Positions 1 through 14,049 are shown, counted from the first letter of the stretch. The stretch is 64,000 nucleotides of DNA from the human T2T-CHM13v2.0 reference genome, Homo sapiens (GCF_009914755.1 NC_060932.1); one strand, 5' to 3'. Numbers and translations are program-made. The notes: generated from the letters alone by a model not told the origin.

Positions 1-29
1 GAAATCAGTAAGTTAGCAAAAAACAAAAT

Positions 30-356
30 CTTTTTTTTTTTTTTTTTTTTTTTTTTGAGACAGAGTCTCGCTCTGTCACCCAAGCTGGAATGCAGTGGGA
101 GGATCTCAGCTCACTGCAACCTCCACCTCGCAGGTTCAAATCATTCTCTTGACTCAGCCTCCTGAGTAGCTGGGATTACAGGCACACGCCACCATGCCCA
201 GCTAGTTTTTGTATTTTTAGTAGAGACGGGGTTTTGCCATGTTGGCCAGGCTGGTCTCAAACTCCTGGTCTCAAACGCCTGACCTCAGCCAGGTGATCTG
301 TCTGCCCCGGCCTCCCAAAGTGCTGGGATTACAGGCATGAGCCACTGTGCCTGGCC
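30..356 (-). mobile_element. Alu SINE (AluS-like), antisense
   Basis: Poly-T head followed by GAGACAGAGTCTCGCTCTGTCACCC...CCTCCCAAAGTGCTGGGATTACAGGCATGAGCCAC, the reverse complement of the Alu consensus. Confidence 0.97.
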
Positions 357-464
357 CAAAATTAATATTTAGAATGCAATAGTATTCACACACATATGTG
401 ATAAATAAAGAAGAAAATATTCCTTGGAACAACAATAAAAGGGATAAAATTTCTGAGGATAAAG

Positions 465-1300
465 AACACCTGACTCAAAACATACCACAAAGCTACAGTA
501 ATCAAAACAGCATGGTGATGACATAAAAACAGACAAACAGCCTAACGAAACAGGATAGAGAGCCCAGAAATAAATCCACTCATTCATGGTCAAATGATTT
601 TAGACAATGGTTCCAAGAATTCACAATGAGAAAAGGACAGTCTCTCAATAAATGATGCTGGGAAAACTGCTTCTCTAGATACAGAAGAATAACAGTGGAC
701 ACATCTCACACCATATACAAGAATCAACTCAAAATGGATTAAAGACAACCATTTAGTCCTAAAACCATAAAACAACTAGAAGAAAAGGGAGCAAAAGCTC
801 CACAACGTCAGTCTGGGCAATGATTTTTTTAATATGACCCCAAAAGCAAAGGCAATAAAAGTGGAAATAAATGGGGTTACAGGATAATTTGGCAATGTAC
901 ATCAAAATTACAAAAGTGTGTACCCTTATTGACCCAGCACTTGTTCTGAACATTTATCCTGCACATATATCACACTTAAACATGTGCAAAGCAGCATATG
1001 AACTAGACCACCCATTTTGTAATAGGAAAAGATCGAAAGTCACCTAAATGTCCAGCCCCAAAGGCCTATGAAATCAGTCTGAGCATATCCACACCATGGA
1101 ATCCTCTGTGACTGTCAGAGACAAGAAAGGAACCCTGGACTGATTCCAAAAGATCTCCACATCACTTACCATATTAACACTTCGTCAAGGGAGGGAGGGA
1201 TCCAAGGTGCAGGAATGTGTCATATCATGACTTGTGAAAGAAAAAGCAAAAAAGAAATGTTTATGTTTGCTTGGAATGTATAATGAAGCTCTGGAAGGAC
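465..1300 (+). mobile_element. Old L1 (L1M/L1ME) fragments: ORF2 3' part and 3' UTR
   Basis: CAAAGCTACAGTAATCAAAACAGCATGGTG...GAGAGCCCAGAAATAAATCCAC...AATAAATGATGCTGGGAAAACTG match L1 ORF2 sequence; A-rich and degraded. Boundaries approximate. Confidence 0.8.
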
Positions 1301-1699
1301 AAACAGTCATTCTTTGCTTAACCATAGGGATACAATCTGAGGACTGTATCATTAGATGATTTCCTCACTGTGCAAACATCACAGAGTATATCTTCACACA
1401 CCAAATGCTGGAGCCCAATACACACCCAGGCCATGTGGTAAAATCTATTGCTCCAGGCTATAAACCTGGACAGCAGGCAAATGTACTAAATGCTGTAGGC
1501 AACTGTAACAGAGTGGTAAGAATCTGCATATCTATACATATCTAAACATAGAAAAGGTACGGCAGAAATACAGTTTTAAGGATTTTTTTAAATGATACAA
1601 CTGTATAGGGCACTTACCATGAACGGGGCTTGCAGGACTAGAAGTTGCCTGCGTGCGTCAGGGAGTGAGTGGCAAGTGAATGTGAAGGCCTGGGACATT

Positions 1700-2862
1700 A
1701 CTGTACACTTTGGGGGACTTTATAACAGACGCTGTACACTGCTGGGGACTCCGTAACAGACGCTGTACACTGCGGGGGACTCCGTAACAGACGCTGTACA
1801 CTGCGGGGGACTCCGTAACAGACGCTGTACACTGCGGGGGACTCCGTAACAGAAGCTGTACACTGCGGGGGACTCCGTAACAGACGCTGTACACTGCGGG
1901 GGACTCCGTAACAGAAGCTGTACACTGCGGGGGACTCCGTAACAGACGCTGTACACTGCGGGGGACTCCGTAACAGACGCTGTACACTGCTGGGGACTCT
2001 GTAACAGACGCTGTACACTGCTGGGGACTCTGTAACAGACGCTGTACACTGCAGGGGACTCTATAGCAGACGCTGTACACTGCTGGGGACTCCATAGCAG
2101 ACGCTGTACACTGCGGGGGACTCCGTAACAGAAGCTGTACACTGCGGGGGACTCCGTAACAGAAGCTGTACACTGCGGGGGACTCCGTAACAGACGCTGT
2201 ACACTGCGGGGGACTCCGTAACAGACGCTGTACACTGCGGGGGACTCCGTAACAGACGCTGTACACTGCGGGGGACTCCGTAACAGACGCTGTACACTGC
2301 TGGGGACTCTGTAACAGACGCTGTACACTGCTGGGGACTCTGTAACAGACGCTGTACACTGCAGGGGACTCTATAGCAGACGCTGTACACTGCTGGGGAC
2401 TCTATAGCAGACGCTGTACACTGCGGGGGACTCTGTAACAGACGCTGTACACTGCGGGGGACTCTGTAACAGACGCTGTACACTGCGGGGGACTCTAACA
2501 GACGCTGTACACTGCTGGGGACTCTAACAGACGCTGTACACTGCTGGGGACTCTGTAACAGACGCTGTACACTGCTGGGGACTCTGTAACAGACGCTGTA
2601 CACTGCTGGGGACTCTGTAACAGACGCTGTACACTGCAGGGGACTCTATAGCAGACGCTGTACACTGCTGGGGACTCTATAACAGACGCTGTACACTGCT
2701 GGGGACTCTGTAACAGACGCTGTACACTGCTGGAGACTCTGTAACAGACGCTGTACACTGCTGGGGACTCTGTAACAGACGCTGTACACTGCGGGAGACT
2801 CTGTAACAGATGCTGTACACTGCTGGGGACTCTGTAACAGACGCTGTACACTGCTGGGGACT
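1700..2862. repeat. 31-bp VNTR, ~37 copies, unit GACGCTGTACACTGC(G/T)GGGGACTC(C/T)GTAACA
   Basis: The 31-nt periodicity is read directly; two units near 2490-2550 are 29 bp. Confidence 0.98.
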
Positions 2863-2864
2863 TT

Positions 2865-3403
2865 AAAATAGACACGGTCCCCACTTGCAACATTGCAGGT
2901 GACAAGAAGGAAGGAAGAGCTGCAGCTCTTCAGCTCTTCAGCAAGCCCAGACCTAGAAACTCCTTGAGCCAGGGCTCTGGCACCCTCTTTGGGGCTCTGC
3001 GGTTCCTGGCGCCTCCAAGCTTCTAGCGCCACCACGTTCCCCTCATCCAGACGCGGGTGCTCACAGTGGAAGCCGTGTGCAGTACATCTGGTCCAGCCGC
3101 AGCCTTGCATGGAGCCAGCACCTGTGCCAGCACCTAGGGCTGCCCGCCCTGCCGCAGCAGCCGGCATGCCTGGCTGTGCACAGTGGCCAGACCCATGTTC
3201 GCTCACCCACACGCCCCTCACTGCTCCATGCCTGGCTCACCCTTGGCATGTGTGGGATCTGGGCTGGTAGCACGAGCTGAGCACAGCCTACTGGGCTGAG
3301 TGGGCGGAACAAGCCTAGCGGGTGTAAGCACCACTCAGGCAGAGGCACCGCCAGCCACAGAGGTTTCCAACGGTCTAAGTGACACCCCAGGGATCCCGTG
3401 ACA
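2865..3403 (+). mobile_element. MER52-like ERV1 LTR, 3' portion
   Basis: GC-rich segment (GGTTCCTGGCGCCTCCAAGCTT..., CCAGCCGCAGCCTTGCATGGAGCC...) ending in GACACCCCAGGGATCCCGTGACA, resembling the MER52 LTR terminus. Confidence 0.75.
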
Positions 3404-3444
3404 ACACCTCCTGAAGGCCCTGCCTGAGGCTGTTTTGCAGTTCA

Positions 3445-3750
<306 letters not shown>

Positions 3751-4071
3751 TAATAAGTAAAAGGAGTACACTCTAAAATAACGATAAAAAGTATAGTATA
3801 CACAGAACGGTAACATAGTGTTCATTATCAAGTCTTACGTAGCGTATGTGCTGAACTGTTAGATGACGGGCAGTGTAGCAGGTCTGCTTGCACCAGCTCT
3901 CCACACACACGTGAGTGATACCCTGCACTACATCATGACCATCAGGACATCACCAGGTGACGGGAATTTTTCGGCGCCAGTATAATCTTACAGGTCCACC
4001 CTCGTCTATGCCATCCATCATTGACCAAAACGTCCTTATGCTTCACGTGACTGTGTGAGAAACTCACAAGA

Positions 4072-4388
<317 letters not shown>

Positions 4389-4529
4389 AGAAACTCACAA
4401 GAGTGGCTGCTGTGGAGATGACGGCTGGGCCGGCCAGGGATAGGGATACTTTCTACTGGATGCTTCCTGCCATGTTTTAATTGTCAAACTACCTAAACTA
4501 TTCAAAATAGTAAAGTAAAAGGTCATTAG

Positions 4530-4992
4530 AATAACCTGTGGGCCATCCACACCGTGGAACAGGCCTCTCAGCAACAGGAAGAAACCACTCCTGGCCCCTG
4601 CAGCAGCCCTGAGAACCATCCGGGGAACGATGGCGAATAGAAAAAGCCAATCCCCGGCCACACACTGCAAGATTCCATTTCTACGACTCGCTTCAACTGA
4701 CGACATTACGGAGATGGAGAGCAGACTGGTGGCTCCCAGGAGTTAAGGAAGGGTTCATGGCAGAAGCAAGGTAGGCTTCGCTGAAACGGGCACCGACACA
4801 GGGCTCCTCTGAGTGATGACGGAAACCTCTGGCATGGCGGCCGCGTCGGCCAATCCGCTGGCTGTGCTACTGTCCTCGTTCTGCACAAAGCTACCACGGG
4901 GAAAACTGGGTGAAGAGTGCACAGGATCTGTGTATTATTTCTCACAACTGTATGTGAATTTACAATGGTCACAATAGTTTAATTTACAAAAA
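4530..4992 (+). mobile_element. L1MC/L1MD-like 3' end fragment
   Basis: GAAAAAGCCAATCCC...GATTCCATTT...GGAGATGGAGAGCAGACTGGTGG and GGGAAAACTGGGTGAAGAGTGCACAGGATCTGTGTATTATTTCTCACAACTGTATGTGAAT are typical of old L1M 3' ends. Confidence 0.7.
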
Positions 4993-7393
4993 GATCCTGA
5001 GATGCCAAACGCCACGCCCGAAGGTGCTGAGAGAGCAGAGGCCACATTCTCCCTGGTCTGACTCCCCGAGCACCTGCCCCGTCCACTCCACCACCTCCTG
5101 GAGCAGAGGCCTAGAGGGAGGTGAAGTGTCACACAGCCCACCCTCTCCTACTGCAGATAGGGAAGCCCAGGAGGAAAATCGAGGGAAAGCCTGGGCAGCA
5201 AAGGTGGCCGGTTCACAGCACAAGCTGCCTGGCTACGTGCTGGTGTGGCATCCCTCGTGCTGCTCAACCGAGACTTCCAGTTCTCCTCCCTCGGGGAGTG
5301 TGGGGCACTTCCTGGCCTCTTGTGGTTGCAGCCGTGTGGTTCCTCCTGGCCAATGAACTGTGAATCCCCAATGAACACACACCTTTGTTGCTTCAGGCTA
5401 CTAAAACCTGAGGGATGTTCATTACGAAAGCAAAACCATACAGGTTACATTCTCCACCCGTCCAATCACAGCTCTGCCCACGCTGGCTGCCCGTCTTCAC
5501 TCCTTGCTGGGCTGGGAGGCCCTCCTGCCCTGGCTAAGGCAGAAGCCTGCAGGCTGCCCGTGGGCCCCACGCTTATGCCTGCGGCCTCCAGTGGCCTCCA
5601 TACCCTCTCACACCGGTTAAGGTGTCAAGATAACAGCTTTGGGGGCAGATACGCAGAAAGACGGGAGGTGCTCTGCCCATCGGACCACCCTGCCAGACTG
5701 AAGGAACCAGGGTGTGGGCACCCCACAGCAGCAGGGCGGGTGGACCGGACAGCTCGGACCTCTTACTCCCCATCTGTAAACTGGGGAGTGAAAGCAGTAG
5801 CTACAGAATCTTTTCTCCAAACACAACCGTACTCAGAAAACACCAAGTGAAACAGATCACATCAGAGCTGCTCTGGGTAAAGGGAGGGACGATGATGGCA
5901 GCAGGTCTAAGACTAGAACCTCCGGGGTTCCAAGGCACAAATCGACTCACCTGGAAGTGCCCCACAGTCCTGGGCCCATTTCCCATGGCGCAGTGTGGGA
6001 ATGACAGGCCACAGTTTCTACGGCCAGACCCCACGGGATTCCTCCCACAGCTCTGCTCTGTGCTTGCTTCATGGTCTTGGGAAACTACATCACCTCTCAG
6101 GTTGGACAGAAAACAACTCCCACCTCCCTGCTCCAACCAGGGGCAGCAGGGCCACCATGCCATTGAGCTCTAAGCTGTGGGATGGTCCGCAGGGTCACCG
6201 CAGCACTCCCCACGCCCCAGCTGCCAGCGTGCCTGTCCACGTCCCTGTGTGCCCTGCCAAGTCTCCTCTGCTGGCAGCATCCCAGGCTGTGCCTGCGCCC
6301 TGGGGACAGTGAGGTGCGCTAAGGGTGCAGGGCCCTAGAAGCCAAGTCTCCATAAGGAGAGATGCAAGCAGGTGACCCGGTCTCCCTTCCGTAAGATAGG
6401 GTGATGGTGTCACCTTGGAGGCTGCTCTGGGAATTCAGGACCTGCCCGCCTGCAGGAAGCATCGCTGTTCCTGTCCCCCACCACTTCCTGCTCCTGGCAG
6501 GGAAGGGGGGCGGCCCCGTGCATCAAAGGCTGAGCGGCCTAAAGGTGAGGCTCAGCTCCTCCCATGGTTATCTTGTGCCCACTGTGGGCATTTTCCTGTG
6601 CTGGGACCACAGAGACAGAAAAGACAAGGTCCTGGCCCTGGAGGAGGAAAGCTAATGACTGCAATGCAACAAGGCCCAAGCCACGCAGAGCCACTTCCCA
6701 AAATCTGCAGCCCTCTCTCTACCTTGCCCTCCCCGGGAGGCACCAGGCCCTCAGGATGAGGGGATGGGGCTGACTCCTGACGGCGTCCCCCAGCGGAGAC
6801 TTCAACAGCCCAGGAGGTCACCAGTCGGGGCCACTCCAGGCAGAGGGGCGGCCCCAGCAAAGACACGGGGGGCAGGCTGCAGGCAGCCTGCGGAGTCAGC
6901 GCAGCAGGTTTCCCAGGGGCTGGAAAGCCCATGGAGCACCGCAGATGCCAAGTGACAGTGAGGCTGGAGCTGCCAGGAAGATCTGTCGCCAGGGGGCGGC
7001 ACCGCCGGATCTACCCCTCAGCAAGATGCAGAATTAAGGGGCCCAGGCTGGAGGCTGTGACCGGCGAAAACGCCCAGGTACCACGAAGCAGCAGAAGCAA
7101 CGGTTCTCCCCACTTGCAATTCCGCCTCCTGCGCCCACTCCCAGCACACCACGCTCATCAGCACCTTCCCACAAGTGAGCAGCAGCGGGAAGGAGGTCAG
7201 ACTCCCAGCAAGGAATCCAGCTCCTCATTAGCACCGAGGGCAGCCAGCCCAGGAAGGAGGCTGCTGTGTTGTGTTGCTTCTTTCTAATGTTGGGAGAGAC
7301 TGATTCTGGGCTCTGGTTTAAAAACATGTCCCCTTCCAAATACTTCGCTAGAATGGATCATGGGTCCAGATGGAGGGCAGCCAAGGTGGCCCG

Positions 7394-7480
7394 CTCTGTC
7401 CAGGGCAGACGCCTGTGGCTCTCTTTGTCCGTGGCTCTGTCCAGGGCAGACGCCTGTGGCTCTCTTTGTCCGTGGCTCTC
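7394..7480. repeat. ~43-bp tandem duplication (2 copies)
   Basis: GCTCTGTCCAGGGCAGACGCCTGTGGCTCTCTTTGTCCGTG occurs twice head to tail. Confidence 0.9.
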
Positions 7481-8354
7481 TGACAGGACCCTTGATGACC
7501 CATGCCCTCAGAACACTGGCCCTCATCTTCCCCAGACCATGCCACACTCAACTCCTTCACCATCACCCCTCCAATGCCCAGCTTCCCATTGGTACAGGTT
7601 CAGTGTGCACCCCTCAGATGACACCCAGGGTCAGGCTCAGGCGATAAACACAAACACACACACACACACGCACACACCCGCGCACCTGGCCCCAAAGCCC
7701 TGGAAACGCTTGACTCAACTAGACACCATCCACAGGCAACCACAGCCTCTGGGGGCTCACACCACCCCGACCTCCTAGCCTCAAGCCTTATGGGAACAAG
7801 AATCTTGAGCTCCGCCCACCTCCCCTCTCCATCAGAAATCTCAACCTCCATACCTGGATTCCTTCAAGCCTGTGAACCCCTGCCACACTCTGCTCTGGAA
7901 CATCATCTCAAGATGGAAGGGAGGGACAGGATTAGGTCTTTATTAGTGCAGTAATTGCCATTATTAATAACATCCTCTAACTCAACAGGGAATTTTTGTT
8001 TGTAAAGCTGCTTCCAGCCTGGTCCCCCTGGAGAGCAGCAGGGCAGGATCGCCAGGTGGGCCGGGCAGCAGAACGGTGAGCAATGCCTCTGATTTCTGCC
8101 TCTGATCAGAATCCTGGTGAGAACACCAGGGCTCAAGTCATGGCTGGGCATTTACCACCCCCGTGACTTCAGGTAAGTTTCCCAAGGCTGGGAAGTTTCC
8201 TGATCTGAGGAGCAGGAAGAGCCTAGCAGGTGCCTGACAGATGCCCTGTGGTCAAAAGCAGGAGGTGTTGTTATAATCAGAATCCAAGACAGCCTGACGC
8301 TCAGGTCTACTGTGCGAGCTGGCCGTGCCATGGCTGACCAGGTAGAGCAAGCTC

Positions 8355-8742
8355 TGTGATGTGTGTAGCAGTGGCGAGGCAGCCCGAGGGTCTCACAGGA
8401 GAGAGGCAGCTCCACCTGCCCTGGGGCTGCACTCCCTGACCTTCCACAGCCCCTATGTGTGGCAGTGGCGAGGCAGCCCGAGGGTCTCACAGGAGAGAGG
8501 CAGCTCCGCCTGCCCTGGGGCTGCACTCCCTGACCTTCCACAGCCCCTATGTGTGGCAGTGGCGAGGCAGCCCGAGGGTCTCACAGGAGAGAGGCAGCTC
8601 CGCCTGCCCTGGGGCTGCACTCCCTGACCTTCCACAGCCCCTCTGTGTGGCAGTGGCGAGGCAGCCCGAGGGTCTCACAGGAGAGAGGCAGCTCCGCCTA
8701 CCCTGGGGCTGCACTCCCTGACCTTCCACAGCCCCTCTGTGC
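8355..8742. repeat. 94-bp minisatellite, ~4 copies
   Basis: Unit GTGTGGCAGTGGCGAGGCAGCCCGAGGGTCTCACAGGAGAGAGGCAGCTCC...CCTTCCACAGCCCCT(A/C)T recurs every 94 nt. Confidence 0.96.
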
Positions 8743-9617
8743 ACCTTGGGAATTCTTCCCTACACCCCTCAGGTGATGTCCCCCAAGACGCCCGGAGATT
8801 CCAAGTCTCTGGGACAGACACAATGCTGCCCACCTCCCAGGAGGCTGCAGGATCAGACTAATGACATGGAAAGGCAGGGCTCCTGGAGGGGCCAAGTGAC
8901 ATGGCCAGGGTCCCACGGCTAAGATGTGGCAATGCTGTGTCCCTACCTGGATGTTACGTAAGTCAGGGCTGGGTTGTAGCCCTCCCCACAGGGCAAATCA
9001 GAGGGAGAAAACGAGGCAATCTTCCACTGTGGAAGAAAACAACAGTTGATCTGGCCACAGCACTGGGCCAGAGGCTCCCAGGCCAGCGTGAGTGCCTGGC
9101 TCTGCTCACTGGCTTCCATGCTGGGGAGGGCTCGAGCCTGCAGCCTGAAGCCCAGGGTTGCCAGGACAATGAGCAGCAGCTGCTGCCAGTCCACTCAGCT
9201 GCGTGGCTAGCCCACCAATCCATCGAGGGGGCCCACAGCGCAGCCACCACAAGGCACCCAGCACACAGTGCCAAGGCATGGAGCCTGGCCCCTGCAGGCT
9301 CCAGACACAGGCCCTCGGTGTGGCACTGCTCCACCCAGCCCTGTCTCCAGACCTCTTCGGCAAACCTCAGCCTGGGCCCCGGGTTCCCTGCTCAGCACCA
9401 ACAGCCATCAGAAAAGCCCAGGCCTCACCCTGCCTCCCAAGACCCTCACAGGCTGACCCGAGTCAGACCTGCCTACTAGGAGTCCAGCACTGCTGTGCCT
9501 TCCCTTGGGCCTCCCGCTGCCTGGAGTAGCTGCCTCTCCTGCCCTCCCCAGCTAAGGCCACTCAGCTCTCCAGACACAGCTCAGGCCTCACCAGCATCCA
9601 GGATTCTTCCCAGGTAT

Positions 9618-9875
9618 CTACCCAGCCCTGCCCAAAACGCACCCCCAAACCCTCCCAAAGCGCACCCCCAGCCCTGCCCAAAACACACCCCTAGCCCTGC
9701 CCAAAACATGTCCCCAGCCCTGCCCAAAACACACCCCCAGCCCTGCCCAAAACACACCCCTAGCCCTGCCCAAAACATGCCCCCGGCCCTACCCAAAACA
9801 CACCTCCAGCCCCAAAATATGCCCCCAAACCCTCCCAAAGCACATCCCCAGCCCTGCCAAAGCACAACCCCAGCA
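9618..9875. repeat. Degenerate ~24-bp C-rich tandem repeat (CCCAGCCCTGCCCAAAACACACC)
   Basis: About 10 imperfect copies read directly. Confidence 0.9.
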
Positions 9876-9885
9876 GAGTCAGCTC

Positions 9886-10030
9886 CCCTCTCCACCTCCT
9901 CACTCCACCGCCTCAACCTTGCTCTGTAAGGTGCCCTCTCCACCTCCTCACTCCACCGCCTCAACCTTGCTCTGTAAGGTGCCCTCTCCACCTCCTCACT
10001 CCACTGCCTCGACCTTGCTCTGTAAGGTGC
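9886..10030. repeat. 48-bp tandem repeat, 3 copies
   Basis: CCCTCTCCACCTCCTCACTCCACCGCCTCAACCTTGCTCTGTAAGGTG x3. Confidence 0.95.
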
Positions 10031-11330
10031 ACAGCAGTGTCCGGAGCAAGGCCAGGACAGCCTGATCCTGCTTGCCACTGTGTCCATCCCAAGACTCATG
10101 CCAGGCATGGCCTTAGCATAGTCTCACAGAACATTACACATCTCAGACAGCAGCCCTGATGGCAGGGGCAGGGGCTGGGGACTTGCCAATGACCCTGTCC
10201 AGGCAGGAACACCCAGTAGACTGTCCTGCTTGCCTGCAGTGGCCCCCAAGTGGGTTCACATCCTAACAGGACCTACCCAAGGACAAAAAAGGAAGGGCCC
10301 TGTGCAGCACAGTCCGGATTTGAAGCCCACACGGAGCCACCTTCACCCCCATCCCAGACTCAGCAAGCCGCAAGTTGACGAGAGAATCTCATAGCCTGGA
10401 TAAGGCCAGGCAGGACAGCCACAGCTGGCTTCTGAGGACAGCCCTGGATGGCAAGCAGGACACCCCGAAGCAAGGCCCCTGCAGGAGACACCGCCCAACT
10501 GGGCTCCGTAGGTGAGGACACCCCGCCCATAAGGCATCTTCAGAAACCTATTCAAGGCACCTGGCTTGTCATTGTTGGTAGTGCCCTTCTTCTCTGCCAG
10601 GGAACTCAGACCAAGAAAACTCTTCCTATGGAAGCTTCCAGATGGCTCCACCATGCAGCACTAACAGGAAGGATAGTGGAATAAGAACAGCACAGGCTCA
10701 AGATCAGCTGTGAAACAACCCCTCACGTCTTCAGCAAATCCCCATCGGGCATTCACTGGGCCCCAGGCCCTGGGCCACAGCTGGATGGACGTTCAGAGAC
10801 GCACAGCTCCCCGCGGGTGGGGTGGCAGACAGGGAGGTGTGGAAAGGTACAGAGTCCACCACTGGCGCTGGGGACCGTGGGGGCAGGAGGAATGATGATC
10901 TTCCCCAGCTGCCTCAATGCGCCCAAGAGGGAGAGGATGAGGATGCCCTCAGTACAGAGAGCAGAGCCAAACATAAGCATCCACACTGAACAACTGACTG
11001 TCACCTCTGGAGGGACAGCGCCGGCCATGAGCTCTCCAACTCTCTCACTCACTCCTTCTTGCCTTTAGTCTTTTGGTCACCACTGCTCCACACACAGATG
11101 CCACAAATGTTTAGACAGGGCTGAGCATCCCAGCAGAAAGCAGAGGAATCTGAGAGGAGGGCTGCTCAGGAGTCTGCTACTATGGACGATGCACAAATCA
11201 GACTTTAAAGAACACAATGAATGACAGCTGGACTGGGCCACAAGGTCAAAGTCTACTTGTAGCAAGTAACACCATCCAAACAAACCCAGTAGCCACAGAA
11301 ACGCCCGTGTGCATTAAAACAAAAAGCCTG

Positions 11331-12095
<765 letters not shown>

Positions 12096-12244
12096 GAAGA
12101 TAGCCTAACCCCTAGCCAACTGTTCTTATGGCCAAACACCACTCAGAGGGATAAAACGCCCAACAACCTCGGAAGAAATGTGTCTGTCTGGGCTGAACAA
12201 ATGACGTCCTAGAACCCGACAGTTGAGGGACTCACGGCAAGATC

Positions 12245-12340
12245 ACCATTCTGTGTCTCAGTCTCTCCATCTGGGAAATGGGGACAACAGACCCTCCTCC
12301 CAGGGTGACTGTGAGAGTAAACTGAGTAATGAACACAGTT
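12245..12340 (+). mobile_element. MIR fragment
   Basis: TCTCAGTCTCTCCATCTGGGAAATGGGGACAACA...GTGAGAGTAAACTGAG resembles the MIR core. Confidence 0.6.
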
Positions 12341-14049
12341 CCCTGGTCACCTGGCACCAGGAGGTGCTGTGACCAGTATCATTAGTGTCACCACCTGCAG
12401 ACACTCACCACCCCTTTTCAGGACCGTGGAAGGATGCACCCACGCCGTGTCGCGAATGGCTTGGTACAGCCATGGTCGAGGCATGTTTGTCTTTCCTCCC
12501 CACCTGGAAGGTGACTCCCCAACTCCGCCCACCTGGAAGGTGACTCCCTGATTCCATCTCAAGCTCCAGCATCGTGACCTAGCTGTACTTCTCACCACAT
12601 TCTCCTCAAAGTCTTACGTGTCCAGTGTATTTATTCATCAAAACCTGCTAGGTGCTTATCCTACTCTCGGTGCTGGGTGGGGTGCTCAGGACACAAGGGT
12701 GACACAGCAGAGGTCTATGCCACAGAGGCTCCCAGGCACACAGGAGAGACAAACACGGGAGTGCCAGGGCATTCCAAGCAGAAGGCTCTGCATCGACAGG
12801 CACACCAGTGAGAAAAGCCACAGACTATGCAGGAAAAATGACTGCACTGTCAGGGACATAAAGCAGGGACTGAAGATGTGGCAGGAGCTGCTGGCAGGAG
12901 CCAAACCCAGGACCTCGCTCTGCAGGCCATGAGGAGCTGTGGAAGAGACTTAGGGACACCTGGCTGCCCATGAGCCCCTAGACTGAGTGCCTAGGTCTAG
13001 GCTCTTGACCCAGCATCTGCAGAAGGCCAGACTCAGGGGAAGTGTCCAGGGAAGGTTCCTGGATAGAGTCAGAGCAGCCAGAGGCTGCCAGATGTTCATG
13101 GGGCCAGGCCAGCAGAGGAGGAGAGAAACAGAGGTGACCCAGCCAAAACTCAACCTCCTCCAGGAAGTCGTCTTGGATTTGCCAGCCTCCCACAGCCACC
13201 TGCATTCACGGCCTGTGCTGCTGTGTCCAAACATTTGTTCTACCAGATTTCTGCTGCGGTCCTGTGATGTATGGGGTCGAACGGTATGAAAGCAGCGGTT
13301 CAGTCGGGGGAAGCACTCCAGTACTAACAAACTTCAGCTTTCTTTCAACTCAATACTGTGTCCACACTGGGAGTATCCTAAGCAACAATCCCCACCCCTG
13401 TCTCACAGACACTAAAGATAAAACAGAAAACAAGCAGATGAGTGACAATGACAAACAAGAAATACTGTAGGGAGAGCGGTCAGAAAGGTGAGCTCAGACA
13501 TGCCGGAAGCGGAGCTGCCCCCAAGCCAGGAGCGAGCCAGGAACTAAAAGAAGAGGCAAGTGTGCAGCAGAGGAAAGAAAGGGCGCCAGGTGTGGCTGGA
13601 AAGGCACCTGGCAGGATGAGGGGCGGAGAAGCACCGGCGGAGCAGCACGCGCGAGGCCCACTTTGAGCCGCACCACACCGCTCACAGAACTTCCTGTGAT
13701 AAGCAGTGTTCCCTACCCGCGCTGCCCCACACAGCCGCCACCAGACACGTGTGGCTACTGAGTGTCGGACATGTGACCACTGGCACGGAGGACCTGAATC
13801 CTTCACGTTAAGGACAATGTAAACAGCCACACATGCCTAGGGGCTACCACACTGGACATGGCAGAGCTTCCAGAGCAGGAGGAGTGCGCCATGAGGCAAC
13901 AAACACGAGGTCCCTGGAGAGTTTCTGCGGGGGCAGCACAGATCAACATCACCTGAAAGTCCCTGGTGGGGATGTCGCAGGCCCCAGTACCCAGGAAGCA
14001 CCTTCTTACAACTTGGAGAAGGGACAGAAAGGCATGGAGAGGCAAGCAC

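Noticed and set aside
1700-2862. Regular repeats superficially like a CRISPR array (also 57815-59058)
   Set aside because: Units are head to tail with no unique spacers, there are no cas genes, and the DNA is primate.
1658-2905. Overlapping minus-strand ORFs with a 31-aa repeat (SVQRLLRSPPQCTASVTESPAVYSVCY)
   Set aside because: Artefact of a 31-bp unit lacking minus-strand stops, so all three frames cycle through the same peptide. The starts are GTG and the sequence is intronic.
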